Assembly (NCBI GenBank): GCA_902799285.1
Contig: CADCAA010000003.1
Coordinates: 38,215 to 102,214 of the forward strand
Length of the DNA stretch: 64,000 bases
DNA from: an uncultured Pseudomonadota bacterium
GTDB taxonomy: Bacteria; Pseudomonadota; Alphaproteobacteria; Rs-D84
Direction: 5' to 3'
This document shows positions 10,077-20,733 of this stretch, in pieces. A program made the translations under genes and the position numbers. Position 1 is the stretch's first letter. The number at the start of each line of letters is the position of its first letter. The notes under the pieces were generated by a model. That model was not told the DNA's origin. It searched no databases and worked only from the letters and a program-made list of their open reading frames with translations.

Positions 10077-10793
10077 TTATTCCAAAAAGTATTCCACCGT
10101 GGCGACGACGCGAACCTTTTTATTTATCTGTTGCAATTCAGGCGCGTTTGCATTGTCGCGTGGCAATATTGAAAATACGCCTTGGTTTGCAGAATGTATC
10201 TTACCAACACTACTGTCGGACGATTTAGCAAACTCCAATGCGGCCTGGTGGGCGTTTTTAGTCGCCTGTTCCAGCATTTGCGGTTTTATATCGTTCAACC
10301 CGGTGAATATATACGACACCGGTGAATCATATCGATTTTCAAATACCACGCCCGCACTGATTAAATCGCCGGTTTTGGTATATGTTTCGGCAACATTTTG
10401 AACCTGGTTCGAACGCACAGTCATCGTCCGCGTCAAAATAAAGCGCGATTTTATATCGTCATTTCCGCGGTACGGATTCGCCATCAAATCGTTTGTATCC
10501 GTGCCGCCCATTTCGATTTCAGAATCGCCGAAACCATTATCGTGCAAAAACGCCAATATGACATCGGTCTGTTTTTCCAAATCGTTCCTTACCTGCGCCA
10601 AATCATTTCCGGTCGCGACATATTTAATTTCCCAAATTGCCAAATCGGCCACAACATCGCGTTCAGCCAATCCCTTGACCGTCACGGCATTAAATTCAAA
10701 TTTAGATTTGTAATAATAATACCCCGGGAAAAATCCCACAAACAACAGTCCGATTGCAATTATGCCAACATACCATAATGAAATTTTTTTCAA
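10077..10793 (-). CDS. SIMPL-domain (DUF541/BP26-like) periplasmic protein
   Basis: N-terminal TM/signal, ~238 aa, overall similarity to 26-kDa periplasmic immunogenic protein family members. Confidence 0.55.
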   Translation of the reverse strand: MKKISLWYVGIIAIGLLFVGFFPGYYYYKSKFEFNAVTVKGLAERDVVADLAIWEIKYVATGNDLAQVRNDLEKQTDVILAFLHDNGFGDSEIEMGGTDTNDLMANPYRGNDDIKSRFILTRTMTVRSNQVQNVAETYTKTGDLISAGVVFENRYDSPVSYIFTGLNDIKPQMLEQATKNAHQAALEFAKSSDSSVGKIHSANQGVFSILPRDNANAPELQQINKKVRVVATVEYFLE

Positions 10794-10850
10794 TATTCTC
10801 TCCTTTTTTACATATATTGGTGCAAAACAAAAATTAAATCCAGATATTTT

Positions 10851-11603
10851 TTATCTGTGTTTTTGTTCCCACGCCAAAGCATTTTTAATATATGCCGCGG
10901 CACGTTTTACATCAAATTTATCATCGGTTTTTAATTTACCTTCGGCATCCAGCCATATTGAATGATTGCCGGCAACGGTTGCAATTTTATCCAAATTACC
11001 CGCAATGTTTTCAGGGGATAATCCGCCGGAATAGCCCTGGGCATGTTTGCCCGGAAATACAGGTGCGCGCCATTCCGCCGCATCAATTCCACGGCCACCC
11101 GATGCATCAAACAGCAACTGGAATTTTGCACCGGTTTTATGTAATTCGTCCACCGCATTTTGTGTGCGTGCATTATATTGAATAATAAAATCTTGTTTGT
11201 CATAAAAGTCAATAACAGGTTTTAATTTTTGTGGGTTAAAGTTTTCTGCAGTTTTTTGTGGCATATTTAATTGAATGCGTTTAACAACGTGTTTATGCGT
11301 AGGTGTATGCCGCGCCCGAAATAAAGGTTTTAATGCGTCTGGGATTATACCATTACAAATATCATCGCACCAATCGTTGTTTACATGAATTGCCATATTC
11401 CAACTTCTGTATACAAACTTATTATCTTGCAGTTTTTCAACCAATTGTTTTATCCAATCATATCTTTCTGTATCTGGTGAAACTTTGCCTGGATGCATTT
11501 GGACGGCGATTTCAACACGCGGGTCAATATTCCACAAATCAAACATTTCATCAATCGAATTATAATTTCGTGGGTCAGAACATGTAATGTATTTAATTTG
11601 CAT
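10851..11603 (-). CDS. TIM-barrel protein with TrpF-like (phosphoribosylanthranilate isomerase family) C-terminal half
   Basis: The C-terminal LLFDASGGRGI...GYSGGLSPENIAGNL...WLDAEGKL pattern resembles the TrpF phosphate-binding region. The N-terminus is atypical. Start assigned at MQIKYIT with an AAGGAT ribosome-binding site. Confidence 0.35.
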   Translation of the reverse strand: MQIKYITCSDPRNYNSIDEMFDLWNIDPRVEIAVQMHPGKVSPDTERYDWIKQLVEKLQDNKFVYRSWNMAIHVNNDWCDDICNGIIPDALKPLFRARHTPTHKHVVKRIQLNMPQKTAENFNPQKLKPVIDFYDKQDFIIQYNARTQNAVDELHKTGAKFQLLFDASGGRGIDAAEWRAPVFPGKHAQGYSGGLSPENIAGNLDKIATVAGNHSIWLDAEGKLKTDDKFDVKRAAAYIKNALAWEQKHR

Positions 11604-11605
11604 AT

Positions 11606-12697
11606 TTAATCCTTTTTGTTGTTTAACCTTAATTGTCCACACGCAGACCCGATGTCGGTGCCGCGTTCCCTCCGAATTCTGGTATGTATTCCGTTTTTAA
11701 TTAAAATATCTTGGAATCGATGCACCGCGTTGCCCGATGGCGATGCAAAGTCGCGTTCGTCCACCGCATTCCACGGAATTAAATTTACCATACAATTTTT
11801 ACCAGCCAATAATTTTGATAATTGCTCTGCGTGCGCCGGGGTACAGTTATACAATTGTGTTTCGCCATTTTCGTCTTTTTTGCCCAACAAAATATATTCA
11901 ATCATCAATTGGCGATTATGCAGTTTTGTAAATTCATCGGCCGCGGCCAAAACCTCTGCGATTTTATACTTATTATTTATCGGCATAATAGACGAACGTA
12001 ATTCGTCCGTTGGTGCATGCAGTGAAATCGCCAAATTTATCGGCCGACCCCATTTTATCAAATCATAAATCCCCGGCACAATTCCACATGTCGAAACCGT
12101 GATTCGCCGCCAAGATATATTCAAATCATGATTGGCGCGTTCCAAAAATCCGATTACATTTTCAGTATTCTGTAATGGTTCGCCCGTGCCCATAACGTCA
12201 ATATGCGAAACATCGTTGTTATTTGCATCACCATTTGGGCGAATTTTTATATCGCCATTTCGTAATTCCCATTGTGCAACCAAAATTTGCGAAAATATTT
12301 CATCCACCGTTAAATTGCGTTTCAGGCCAAGCAGCGTGCTGGCACAAAATTTGCACCCCATGGCGCAACCGGCCTGGGAACTGACACATACAGAATTGCC
12401 GTATGTTGTGCGCATTAAAACACATTCGATTTGTTCGCAATCATTTAATTCTAATAAAAATTTAGTTGTCTCGGCATCCGCCGATTGCAATTTTTTAACG
12501 ATTTTGACCGGCAAAGTTTGTGCAATATCGGCCAATTTTGTGCGTAAAGCGGCCGGAATATTTTTCATCACACTAAAATCCGGCGCGCCACGTTGCAGCC
12601 AATCGCGAATTTGCGCTGCACGGAATTTTGGTTCGCCCAAATCCATCACAAATTTTTGCAATTCTGCATCATTCAAAGAAAAAAGAACGGTTTTCAT
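11606..12697 (-). CDS. rlmN: 23S rRNA/tRNA m2A methyltransferase RlmN (radical SAM)
   Basis: CxxxCxxC radical-SAM cluster (GCAMGCKFCAS) and RlmN-like N- and C-terminal regions. Confidence 0.9.
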   Translation of the reverse strand: MKTVLFSLNDAELQKFVMDLGEPKFRAAQIRDWLQRGAPDFSVMKNIPAALRTKLADIAQTLPVKIVKKLQSADAETTKFLLELNDCEQIECVLMRTTYGNSVCVSSQAGCAMGCKFCASTLLGLKRNLTVDEIFSQILVAQWELRNGDIKIRPNGDANNNDVSHIDVMGTGEPLQNTENVIGFLERANHDLNISWRRITVSTCGIVPGIYDLIKWGRPINLAISLHAPTDELRSSIMPINNKYKIAEVLAAADEFTKLHNRQLMIEYILLGKKDENGETQLYNCTPAHAEQLSKLLAGKNCMVNLIPWNAVDERDFASPSGNAVHRFQDILIKNGIHTRIRRERGTDIGSACGQLRLNNKKD

Positions 12698-13512
12698 AAT
12701 TTATATCTATCATCCTTGATAACAACCATCGCGCGCCGGCGCAGTTGTTTTAATTGTTGGTCGGCCATAAACATTGCCTGTTTATATTCGGCATTTTGTT
12801 TGATAACCTTGTTCAGGTTTCCATATTCGCGTGTGTTTTTTTCGCTGCACACTAAAAACACCGAAGAATTCACCGGTTTTGACCATGTCAGTTTCGGCAA
12901 ATCTGCAATTGCATCGCGTACATCCGCCGATAATTCATAATGCAACGCGGTAAACTTTTGCGGCGCACCACCAAAATTTTCAGCCATATGCATTGCATCA
13001 TCGCACGATTTTGGCTTTTCCAGTTTTTCATAAACACTTTGTGGCACATCAATCAATCGCACCAATGTTAATTCGACCGGCAAACCGCGTTCACGCGCCA
13101 ATTCGGCCCGCTCTGCCGCAATATCAGAATCCGACACATCGACCATTGGCAATACAGTTCGCGCAACAACAATTTGCCATGCGATATTTGCACGCACAGC
13201 CTCGCGCGCGATTGCCCGTTCATTTTGCGAAAGTTCTGGCAATCCCATACGCTTTAATTCTGCATCAACATCTTTGTCGGTGGGTTTAATTCCAAAGTTT
13301 CCGGCATAGTTTAATTTAACCACATCATCAATCATATTTTGTAATGCGACACGACGATTGTCTGTGGATGTGTGCCCTTGGTACGACATCAATTTTGTCC
13401 GCGCAGTAATATCCGCATCAGTAATAACACGGCCATTGACGGTTGCAACCACGGTTGTTGCATATGCCGGCAAACAAATCAAAGATAATAATGCGATAAT
13501 AAATTTTTTCAT
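12694..13512 (-). CDS. SurA N-terminal-domain periplasmic chaperone-like protein
   Basis: Signal peptide, position immediately downstream of lptD as in alphaproteobacteria, no PPIase domain. Confidence 0.55.
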   Translation of the reverse strand: MKKFIIALLSLICLPAYATTVVATVNGRVITDADITARTKLMSYQGHTSTDNRRVALQNMIDDVVKLNYAGNFGIKPTDKDVDAELKRMGLPELSQNERAIAREAVRANIAWQIVVARTVLPMVDVSDSDIAAERAELARERGLPVELTLVRLIDVPQSVYEKLEKPKSCDDAMHMAENFGGAPQKFTALHYELSADVRDAIADLPKLTWSKPVNSSVFLVCSEKNTREYGNLNKVIKQNAEYKQAMFMADQQLKQLRRRAMVVIKDDRYKL

Positions 13513-13527
13513 ATTTCCTATCCTTTC

Positions 13528-15540
13528 CTAGTAATCCAATCCAAATCTGAATTGGAAAGTTGTATTCCCAGTATAATCCGCACGTATAGCATAATCACGA
13601 TGATATGCCAACGACAGAAAATAACAAGGATGTTTGTAATACAATTGCCCAGAATGCCGTTGAAATTGACTGTATGTATTATTATAAATTGCGTTCATAT
13701 TCCAAGACAACCTTTCGGTCAATTGTATACGAAATCCGCCGGTTGTTTCATTTATATCTTGTCCTAAAAACGCCTCGTCCAGTTGTTCCGACCAAATATG
13801 TCCAACATAGATATAGTTGCGACTTGTGCCAATACGGCCATCTGTTTCAATATGACGCAAAGCAAAAGTATCACGGTCCAAACGCAATCTGGAATTCAAA
13901 CCAAACCAAGAACCATTGTTTAATCCAACGCGCGCAACATAATCAGAACCACCTTTGTGGAAACCGCTGTTCGGGTCGGTTTCAGACCGTTCGGTTAAAT
14001 CATAACTTTGTCCCACAAATATTTCCGCAGATTCGCCGTCCACACCGTATGTGGCCCAACGCATACCATAGTCCGCAAATGTCCCATTTTCCCATAAATC
14101 ATATCCCGAAAAACGGTTGTTTGAAAATAATGTCACATCCGATAATAATGTTCCCGCAGAATCATTGTTTGTTGCGAATAATTCCTGGGTATTGGTGTGT
14201 CGCATCACTGTCAATCTGGCGCGTGGCTCAATAATCTGTGTCCATTTTTCGCCGGGACGGAATAACGGCAAACCCCACTCAACATAGCCACTGGGTAAAA
14301 ATCTATTTTCCATGCCGGTAAAATTTGGCGTATCAATCAAATCATAGTTTTGAAAATTATACACATCATAACGTGCATCCAAACTGAGTGTTAATCTGTT
14401 TCCCCAACCCAATGTCCACGGCGATACAATTCGCGCATCACCAATCACACGCTGCATAGATGTATTATTATGGCCATCAACACCCAAAATATCGCCAGTG
14501 AACAGCGCATATGTCTCTTTGTATATTGGTGCGGTTTGGTACACCGAGCGTATATTTGGCAAAATGTTTCCGTCGGCCGCGGCCTCGGTCCGGCCGGCAT
14601 CACGCAGTTCTTGGAAAAAATGTGTGTCCGCGACAATGTATCCCGATTGCCCAAATAAATCCAATTCGGCACCCGAATCCAAATATGGTTGGTCGTTAAA
14701 GAACCCGTATTTTTGTAAATATGTTTTATCAGATGTGCGCTCCAATGCAAACTTTGCACGTGCGTATTCGCCCAGTTCCACAACGTCATTATTAAAAATA
14801 TGCCAACGATTTTCACCGGCCTGGTTATGGGTAAATGACCCGGTTGTCCTGAATTCAGAATGTTCGGCGTTTAACCGATGTTCCACCTGAATCAATGGGT
14901 TTTCCGCGGTTAAATATGACAGTGTCACCGTCGCATCATGATATTCAGACAACGAAATATATACAGGTAAATTTATTTGTGTTCCCATATTATTTGTAGA
15001 ATTCAAATCCGGCATCAACAGACCACTGCGATATTTAACGCCCGGATCCGGCATAGTATAATATGGAAAATAAAACACAGGAATTTCATACATCCATAAA
15101 ATAGGATTATGAAAATATAAATTACGTTCCGCGATATCATGCTTAATCGTTGTGGCGGAAATTTCCCACGCATTACCATATGAATCACAACCGTCGCACG
15201 CAGTGAACACAGCATCCTGGGCCACGGTAATATCGCCATCGCGTTTCACAGATTTTGCACTGATATAAATATGATTACCCAACCATAATTCGACATTTTT
15301 ACCGTCGACCTGGGCGCCTTTGTCAGAAAAACTGGAATCAGTCAGTTTTAATGTTTGGCCCGATTGATTTGTAATTGTTGTTTTTCCAACCGTTTTAATT
15401 TTTGCGTCGCGAACATTATATTCAACCCGTTCTGCGGTAATGTTTTTTGGTCCATCCATATCAATTGCCGGTCCCGCCGCATAGGTGTATGCGGTATACA
15501 TTACAACAAACAAAGATACAGTTAAACCAACCCGTTTCAT
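13528..15540 (-). CDS. lptD: LPS-assembly outer membrane protein LptD
   Basis: 670 aa with a signal peptide, an aromatic-rich beta-barrel C-terminus, and lptG-lptD-surA synteny. Confidence 0.8.
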   Translation of the reverse strand: MKRVGLTVSLFVVMYTAYTYAAGPAIDMDGPKNITAERVEYNVRDAKIKTVGKTTITNQSGQTLKLTDSSFSDKGAQVDGKNVELWLGNHIYISAKSVKRDGDITVAQDAVFTACDGCDSYGNAWEISATTIKHDIAERNLYFHNPILWMYEIPVFYFPYYTMPDPGVKYRSGLLMPDLNSTNNMGTQINLPVYISLSEYHDATVTLSYLTAENPLIQVEHRLNAEHSEFRTTGSFTHNQAGENRWHIFNNDVVELGEYARAKFALERTSDKTYLQKYGFFNDQPYLDSGAELDLFGQSGYIVADTHFFQELRDAGRTEAAADGNILPNIRSVYQTAPIYKETYALFTGDILGVDGHNNTSMQRVIGDARIVSPWTLGWGNRLTLSLDARYDVYNFQNYDLIDTPNFTGMENRFLPSGYVEWGLPLFRPGEKWTQIIEPRARLTVMRHTNTQELFATNNDSAGTLLSDVTLFSNNRFSGYDLWENGTFADYGMRWATYGVDGESAEIFVGQSYDLTERSETDPNSGFHKGGSDYVARVGLNNGSWFGLNSRLRLDRDTFALRHIETDGRIGTSRNYIYVGHIWSEQLDEAFLGQDINETTGGFRIQLTERLSWNMNAIYNNTYSQFQRHSGQLYYKHPCYFLSLAYHRDYAIRADYTGNTTFQFRFGLDY

Positions 15541-16595
15541 TTTTTATACAATATCACCATGGCCAATAATAAACACCCAAATATCCCAATTGCCAGTATA
15601 TAAAAATCACCCCAATCTGCCAACATATTTGCCGATGTCATATACAGCGTCATCAGCACCGCCATCGCCAACACGGCCGCGGCCGGTGATAAACTGGCGC
15701 GACGACGTAAAACAGATGTCTTTAACAAAATCGTTGCACAAACCACAGCCAAAATTAAATTCATAAACGGCATCAACAACCGATTGCTGAATTCGTTAAA
15801 TATCATTTTTTTATGTTTAGGCAAAATTTCCATATTGCTGTAATCCACTAATTCTTGCGTGGTCAAACGACGCACACGGAAAGAATTGCTGTTTTCACGT
15901 GTTGCCACATTCAAATCCATATCAAAGTTTTTGAACGTTCCGGTCACCATATTATCACTGCGCGCTTGCAACGAACCATTTTCCATAACTATGGATAATC
16001 CTTTTGGGGTAGTCACCAGTTTACCTGTTTCTGCAAATATAACCAATTCGGTTTTTGGATTGCGTGAATCGGACAGCATAACCTGGGACATATCGTGGCC
16101 GGAAACCTTGTCCACGTATACAACCAATCCATCGGCGATATTAGTAAATGCAGATTCTTGCAATTTCAAATGTGCCAAACCATAACGCAAATTCCATTGT
16201 GTGTCGTAAAAATAATTCTGGCTTAATGGCACAATCCAAATGTTTAATATTAAATTCAATGCGGTCAAAACGCCCGCAAACCATATTGCCGGCTTTGCCA
16301 ATTGTGCCGGCGACAGACCGGATGCCATCATCACAGACACTTCGTTATCAGAAATAATTTTGTTATAAACATAAATAACGGCAATAAACGTCACAAACGG
16401 AATAATGATGGATACAATAAACGGAATCAATAACGCGGTCAGTCCGATAAAACTGCCGAAATTAATGCCATAATTTAACAGGAATTTCATCATAGACATA
16501 ATTTGCATAGTCCATGCCAACCCCGTTAAAATCAGCAACAGCATAACAAATATCGCAATCAATTGCCGTAAAAAATACCTGTTTATAATCCTCAT
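15537..16595 (-). CDS. lptG: LPS export permease LptG/LptF (YjgP/YjgQ family)
   Basis: 352 aa with six TM segments and a periplasmic beta-jellyroll region. It overlaps lptD by 4 nt. Confidence 0.7.
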   Translation of the reverse strand: MRIINRYFLRQLIAIFVMLLLILTGLAWTMQIMSMMKFLLNYGINFGSFIGLTALLIPFIVSIIIPFVTFIAVIYVYNKIISDNEVSVMMASGLSPAQLAKPAIWFAGVLTALNLILNIWIVPLSQNYFYDTQWNLRYGLAHLKLQESAFTNIADGLVVYVDKVSGHDMSQVMLSDSRNPKTELVIFAETGKLVTTPKGLSIVMENGSLQARSDNMVTGTFKNFDMDLNVATRENSNSFRVRRLTTQELVDYSNMEILPKHKKMIFNEFSNRLLMPFMNLILAVVCATILLKTSVLRRRASLSPAAAVLAMAVLMTLYMTSANMLADWGDFYILAIGIFGCLLLAMVILYKK

Positions 16596-16719
16596 AATGT
16601 GTTAGTATAAAGCCCAAAAGACCGACCGTCAAATATATTATAAAATATGTATATTATTTTCTTGCAATTGCGAAAAAGCGTGTCATAATACAAATGTTCT
16701 TAAAAAAAATAAGTTTTTT

Positions 16720-16750
16720 AAGGGCGGGGTTGGAAAACCCCGCCCTTTTA
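16720..16750 (+). promoter_or_regulatory. Terminator-like hairpin in the nusA leader (AAGGGCGGGG-TTGGAAAA-CCCCGCCCTT + TTT)
   Basis: 10-bp GC stem 36 nt upstream of the nusA start. No upstream same-strand gene, so it may be an attenuator or autoregulatory structure. Confidence 0.35.
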
Positions 16751-16785
16751 GTAAAATAAAACAAAAAAACAACAGGAGTATAAAA

Positions 16786-18242
16786 ATGGCGTTCGTGTCT
16801 ATGCCGCGTCAAGATTTATTAGAAGGTATTAAATCTTTGGCCGAAGAAAAAAACATTGATAAAGAAATTGTGTTTGAATCTTTGGAAATTGCAATTGCAA
16901 AAATTGCAAAACATAAATATGGAAATTGCAATTGCAAAAATTGCAAAACATAAATATGGCGAAGAATTTAATATTACTGCATCTATTGACCGTAAAAATG
17001 GCGCAATTCATACCCAAAGATTGTTCGAGGTTATCGAAAGTCCCGAATCCAAAGGCGATGAATACGATCCAAATACAATGTTGACCGTGGCCCAGGCTAA
17101 AAAATACGCTGAAAATCCGTCTGTGGGCGACGTTGTGTCCGACCCATTACCGGAACCTGAATTCGGTCGTGTCGCATTTCAAACCGCGCGCCAAATTATG
17201 ATTGGTCGTGTTCGTGACGCCGAAAAGGGTCATCAATACGAAGATTTCAAGGACGAGGTTGGCACAATAGTCAACGGTGTTGTTAAACGTCTGGAATTCG
17301 GTAATGTCTATGTCGATATCAATGGCAAGGCCGAAGGCTATATTAAAAACACAGAATTAATCCCGGGCGAACGTTTGGCGGTGGGTGACCGTATTCGTGC
17401 GCTGGTTATGGATGTTGAACGTTCCAATACCGGTCCACAAATCTTTTTGACGCGTACGCATCCAATGTTTATGGAAAAATTGTTCGTCCAAGAGGTTCCA
17501 GAAATTTACGAAGGTATTAAATCTTTGGCCGAAGAAAAAAACATTGATAAAGAAATTGTGTTTGAATCTTTGGAAATTGCAATTGCAAAAATTGCAAAAC
17601 ATAAATATGCAACCGGCCAAGGTCGCAAAAATCATTATCGACGAAGATAAACATAAGGCCGCAATCGTTGTAAATCCTGACCAACAATCTTTGGCAATTG
17701 GTCGTCGTGGTCAAAATGTGCGCCTGGCTTCCCAATTAACTGGTTGGGATATCGACGTGTTAAGCGAAGAAGAAGAACAAGAACGTCGCGCCAAAGAGAC
17801 CAAGGAAAAAACAGAATTGTTCATCCGTGGGTTGGATGTTGATGAAATGATTGCACAAATCTTGATTAACGAAGGTTTCCGTACAATCGAAGAAATCGCG
17901 TTCGTTGATATCCACGAATTAGAATCAATCGAAAGTTTCAATGCAGAATTGGCGGCCGAATTGCAAAAACGTGCCAAAGATTATTTGGCCAAAATTGACC
18001 AAGATTATCGTGACCAAGGCCATAAATTGGGTATGACTGACGATTTGTTGGACTTTTCATTTGTTCAACGTCCAATTTTGATGAAATTGGGCGAAAACGG
18101 CATCAAAACTTTGACCGATTTGGCGGATTTGTCATCTGATGAATTGGTTGAAATTTTGGGCGAAGATACAATGTCTGCGCGCCTGGCCGGTCGTGTAATT
18201 ATGAAGGCCCGCGAACTGGCATACGATATCAAAGAGGATTAA
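16786..18242 (+). pseudogene. nusA: nusA homolog, disrupted. Contains the N-terminal domain, S1, the second part of KH2 and the C-terminal acidic repeats, but is frameshifted and lacks KH1
   Basis: MAFVSMPRQDLLEGIKSLAEEKNIDKEIVFESLEIAIAKIAKHKYG matches the NusA N-terminus and ...VPEIYEG matches the end of S1. MQPAKVAKIIIDEDKH...GRRGQNVRLASQLTGWDIDVL matches KH2. The reading frame changes twice, at 16922-16958 and at 17510-17609. Confidence 0.8.
16822..17609 (+). repeat. Perfect 100-bp direct repeats (16822-16921 and 17510-17609) within nusA, plus a 37-bp tandem duplication (16885-16921 / 16922-16958)
   Basis: Identical strings were read directly: GAAGGTATTAAATCTTTGGCCGAAGAAAAAAACATTGATAAAGAAATTGTGTTTGAATCTTTGGAAATTGCAATTGCAAAAATTGCAAAACATAAATATG. 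The last 37 nt are repeated once more in tandem after the first copy. Confidence 0.9.
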
Positions 18243-18268
18243 TAAAAAATAATACATGAGGTTTGTCT

Positions 18269-20662
18269 ATGGCAACATTAACTCTTGGAAAATCTGTGAC
18301 TTTGGACGCCGTGCAAAGTAAAAAGGGCGATGCGGTCTTTGTTGAACGTCGTCGTCGTATTGTTGCACCTGGCAGCCAAGAATTACGTGATGAACCGGAA
18401 AAGGCAACTGTCCAGCATAATGCGGCCGATGATAAATTGCGTGCCGTGTTGGAGGCTGCCCGTGCCCGCGAAGAAGAACAGAAAAAACGCCAGGCCGCCG
18501 AAGAGGCTGCCCGTGCCGCGCGCGAGGCTGAAATTGCGCGCGAGGCTGCCGAATACGAACAGGTTAAAAACCAATTAAACGCCCGCGAAAATGACGTGTT
18601 GGCCGAACCGGAACCTGTTTTGGAACCAAAATCTGTTCCGCAATCTGAACGTAATGCAAAAAAACAGCAATTTACAAACCACACAAAATCAAATCGTAAT
18701 GGCGATGACGATGATTCTATGCCACGCCAAAATAAATCTTTCAAAAAAGATTTCAAAAAGGCGGGCAAAATTTCCATTAACGACATTATTATGGGCGACG
18801 ATGACGACGAAGATGGTATCGAATTGCGCGGTGCAAATCGCCGGCGGTCCGAGGCATCGCTAAAACGTTTCCGTGAAAAGGCCCGTGCAGTATTTTCTGC
18901 CCCGCAGCGGGTTGAACGTGTTGTGAATCTGGGCGAAACAATTGTTGTCAAAGATTTGGCAAACGCATTGGCTGAAAAGGTCGGCAATGTCATCAAAAAA
19001 TTGATGGAAATGGGTATGATGGTGTCGGTCAATCAATCTATTGATGCCGATACTGCGGAATTGATTGCTGGCGAATTTGGCGCAACGGTAAAACGCGTTG
19101 TTGTAAAGCCGTATGCGGACCAACTGGAACGCGAACCAAATCCGGAAAATATGACCCCGCGTGCGCCAATTGTGACCGTTGTGGGCCATGTTGACCATGG
19201 TAAAACATCTTTGTTGGATGCATTCCGTAATGCAAATGTCGCAGCGGGCGAGGCCGGCGGAATTACCCAACACATTTCATCGTACGAGGTTAAAACGTCA
19301 TCCGGCCAAATGATTACATTTTTGGATACGCCGGGCCACGAAACATTTACGGCTATGCGTGCGCGTGGTGCACAAATGGCGGACATTGTGGTTTTGGTGG
19401 TTGCAGCCAACGATTCCATTATGCCCCAAACGATTGAGGCGATTAACCACATCCGTGCGGCAAACGTTCCATTTATTGTTGCAATCAATAAATGCGATTT
19501 GCCCGAGGCTAACCCAGAAAAGGTTAAAATCGATTTACTGCAACAAGAGGTCCAGGTTGAATCATTAGGTGGCGATGTTCAATGTGTTGAAATTTCTGCC
19601 AAACAAAAAACCAATTTGGATAAACTGGAAGAGGCCATTTTATTACAAGCCGCTATGATGGACTTAAAGGCGGATGCGGATATGCCGGCCGTCGCCAACG
19701 TGGTCGAGGCGAAAATGGAACGTGGCCTGGGCGCGGTTGCAACAATGATAATTCGCCAGGGTACATTAAAAATTGGCGATGTATTTGTTGTTGGTGAAAC
19801 ATTTGGTCGTGTGCGTGGTTTAATTAATTCCTTTGGCGAAAGGGTAAAATCCGTCAAACCCGGTCAACCGGTTATGGTTCTGGGGTTGGATGCGGTGCCT
19901 GCCGCTGGGGATGAATTGCGTGTAATGGAAACCGAGGCTCAAACGCGTGAGGTTGCCGCATATCGTGCACAACAGGCGCGTGACAAGGCAAATGCGGTTA
20001 AACGTTCGTCATTACAAGATTTGTTTGCCGCCCGTGACGAAACCAAAAAATTAATGTTGCCGATTATTTTGCGTGCCGACGTCCAAGGTTCAGTCGAAGC
20101 GATAACCGATATGTTGCACGGAATTAATTCTGACAAGGCCGGTGTCGATATATTGTCGTCCGGTGTTGGTCAAATTACCGAAGGCGATATCAGATTGGCT
20201 ACGGCATCTGGTGCGGTTATTATCGCGTTTAATGTCCGTGCGGATGCGGCTGTGCGTGATATGGCGCGCGCGTCTGGCGTTGATATTCGCTATCACAGTG
20301 TTGTGTATCGTATTACCGACGAAATCAAAGAAATCTTGTCCGGTAAATTGGCACCCGAACGCAAAGAAAACTTTATCGGATACGCCGATGTTATCGCATT
20401 GTTCACGGTTGGCAAAGGCACGCGCGTTGCGGGTTGTCGTATGACCGAAGGAACAATTAAAAAGGATGCTTTTGTGCGCTTACTGCGCAACAATGTTGTT
20501 ATATATGACGGCAAAATCGGTGAATTACGCCGCGAAAAGAACGAGGTCAAAGAGGTCACCGGTGGCGTCGAATTCGGTATGAGTTTTGATAAGTATAACG
20601 ACCTGAAAGAAGGCGACCGCGTTGAATGCTATGAGGTGACCGAGGTTCGTGCCGAAATATAA
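18269..20662 (+). CDS. infB: Translation initiation factor IF-2
   Basis: G domain ([22 protein letters not shown]) and the C-terminal beta-barrel domains. Start assigned at the ATG at 18269 with a GAGG ribosome-binding site. Confidence 0.95.
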   Translation: MATLTLGKSVTLDAVQSKKGDAVFVERRRRIVAPGSQELRDEPEKATVQHNAADDKLRAVLEAARAREEEQKKRQAAEEAARAAREAEIAREAAEYEQVKNQLNARENDVLAEPEPVLEPKSVPQSERNAKKQQFTNHTKSNRNGDDDDSMPRQNKSFKKDFKKAGKISINDIIMGDDDDEDGIELRGANRRRSEASLKRFREKARAVFSAPQRVERVVNLGETIVVKDLANALAEKVGNVIKKLMEMGMMVSVNQSIDADTAELIAGEFGATVKRVVVKPYADQLEREPNPENMTPRAPIVTVVGHVDHGKTSLLDAFRNANVAAGEAGGITQHISSYEVKTSSGQMITFLDTPGHETFTAMRARGAQMADIVVLVVAANDSIMPQTIEAINHIRAANVPFIVAINKCDLPEANPEKVKIDLLQQEVQVESLGGDVQCVEISAKQKTNLDKLEEAILLQAAMMDLKADADMPAVANVVEAKMERGLGAVATMIIRQGTLKIGDVFVVGETFGRVRGLINSFGERVKSVKPGQPVMVLGLDAVPAAGDELRVMETEAQTREVAAYRAQQARDKANAVKRSSLQDLFAARDETKKLMLPIILRADVQGSVEAITDMLHGINSDKAGVDILSSGVGQITEGDIRLATASGAVIIAFNVRADAAVRDMARASGVDIRYHSVVYRITDEIKEILSGKLAPERKENFIGYADVIALFTVGKGTRVAGCRMTEGTIKKDAFVRLLRNNVVIYDGKIGELRREKNEVKEVTGGVEFGMSFDKYNDLKEGDRVECYEVTEVRAEI

Positions 20663-20680
20663 CATTGTAAAAAAAATCCA

Positions 20681-20708
20681 GGGGGTGAAAGTCCCCCTTT
20701 TTTTATGC
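20681..20708 (+). terminator. Intrinsic terminator after infB
   Basis: GGGGG-TGAAAGT-CCCCC followed by T8. Confidence 0.6.
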
Positions 20709-20733
20709 AAATTTTTGTGATATAATATGAATT

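Noticed and set aside
16856-17650. 264-aa ORF and the 232-aa ORF at 17544-18242, listed as separate genes in the ORF track
   Set aside because: They are the middle and 3' segments of nusA in shifted frames. Their N-terminal MIKKLCLNLWKLQLQKLQNIN extension is the out-of-frame reading of the duplicated 100-bp repeat.
18229-19032. Antisense ORFs inside infB, and similar ones inside mutS, pnp, metG, cysS and virD4
   Set aside because: They are embedded opposite well-conserved long genes in a low-GC genome. They have Ser/Arg-rich low-complexity products and no support.
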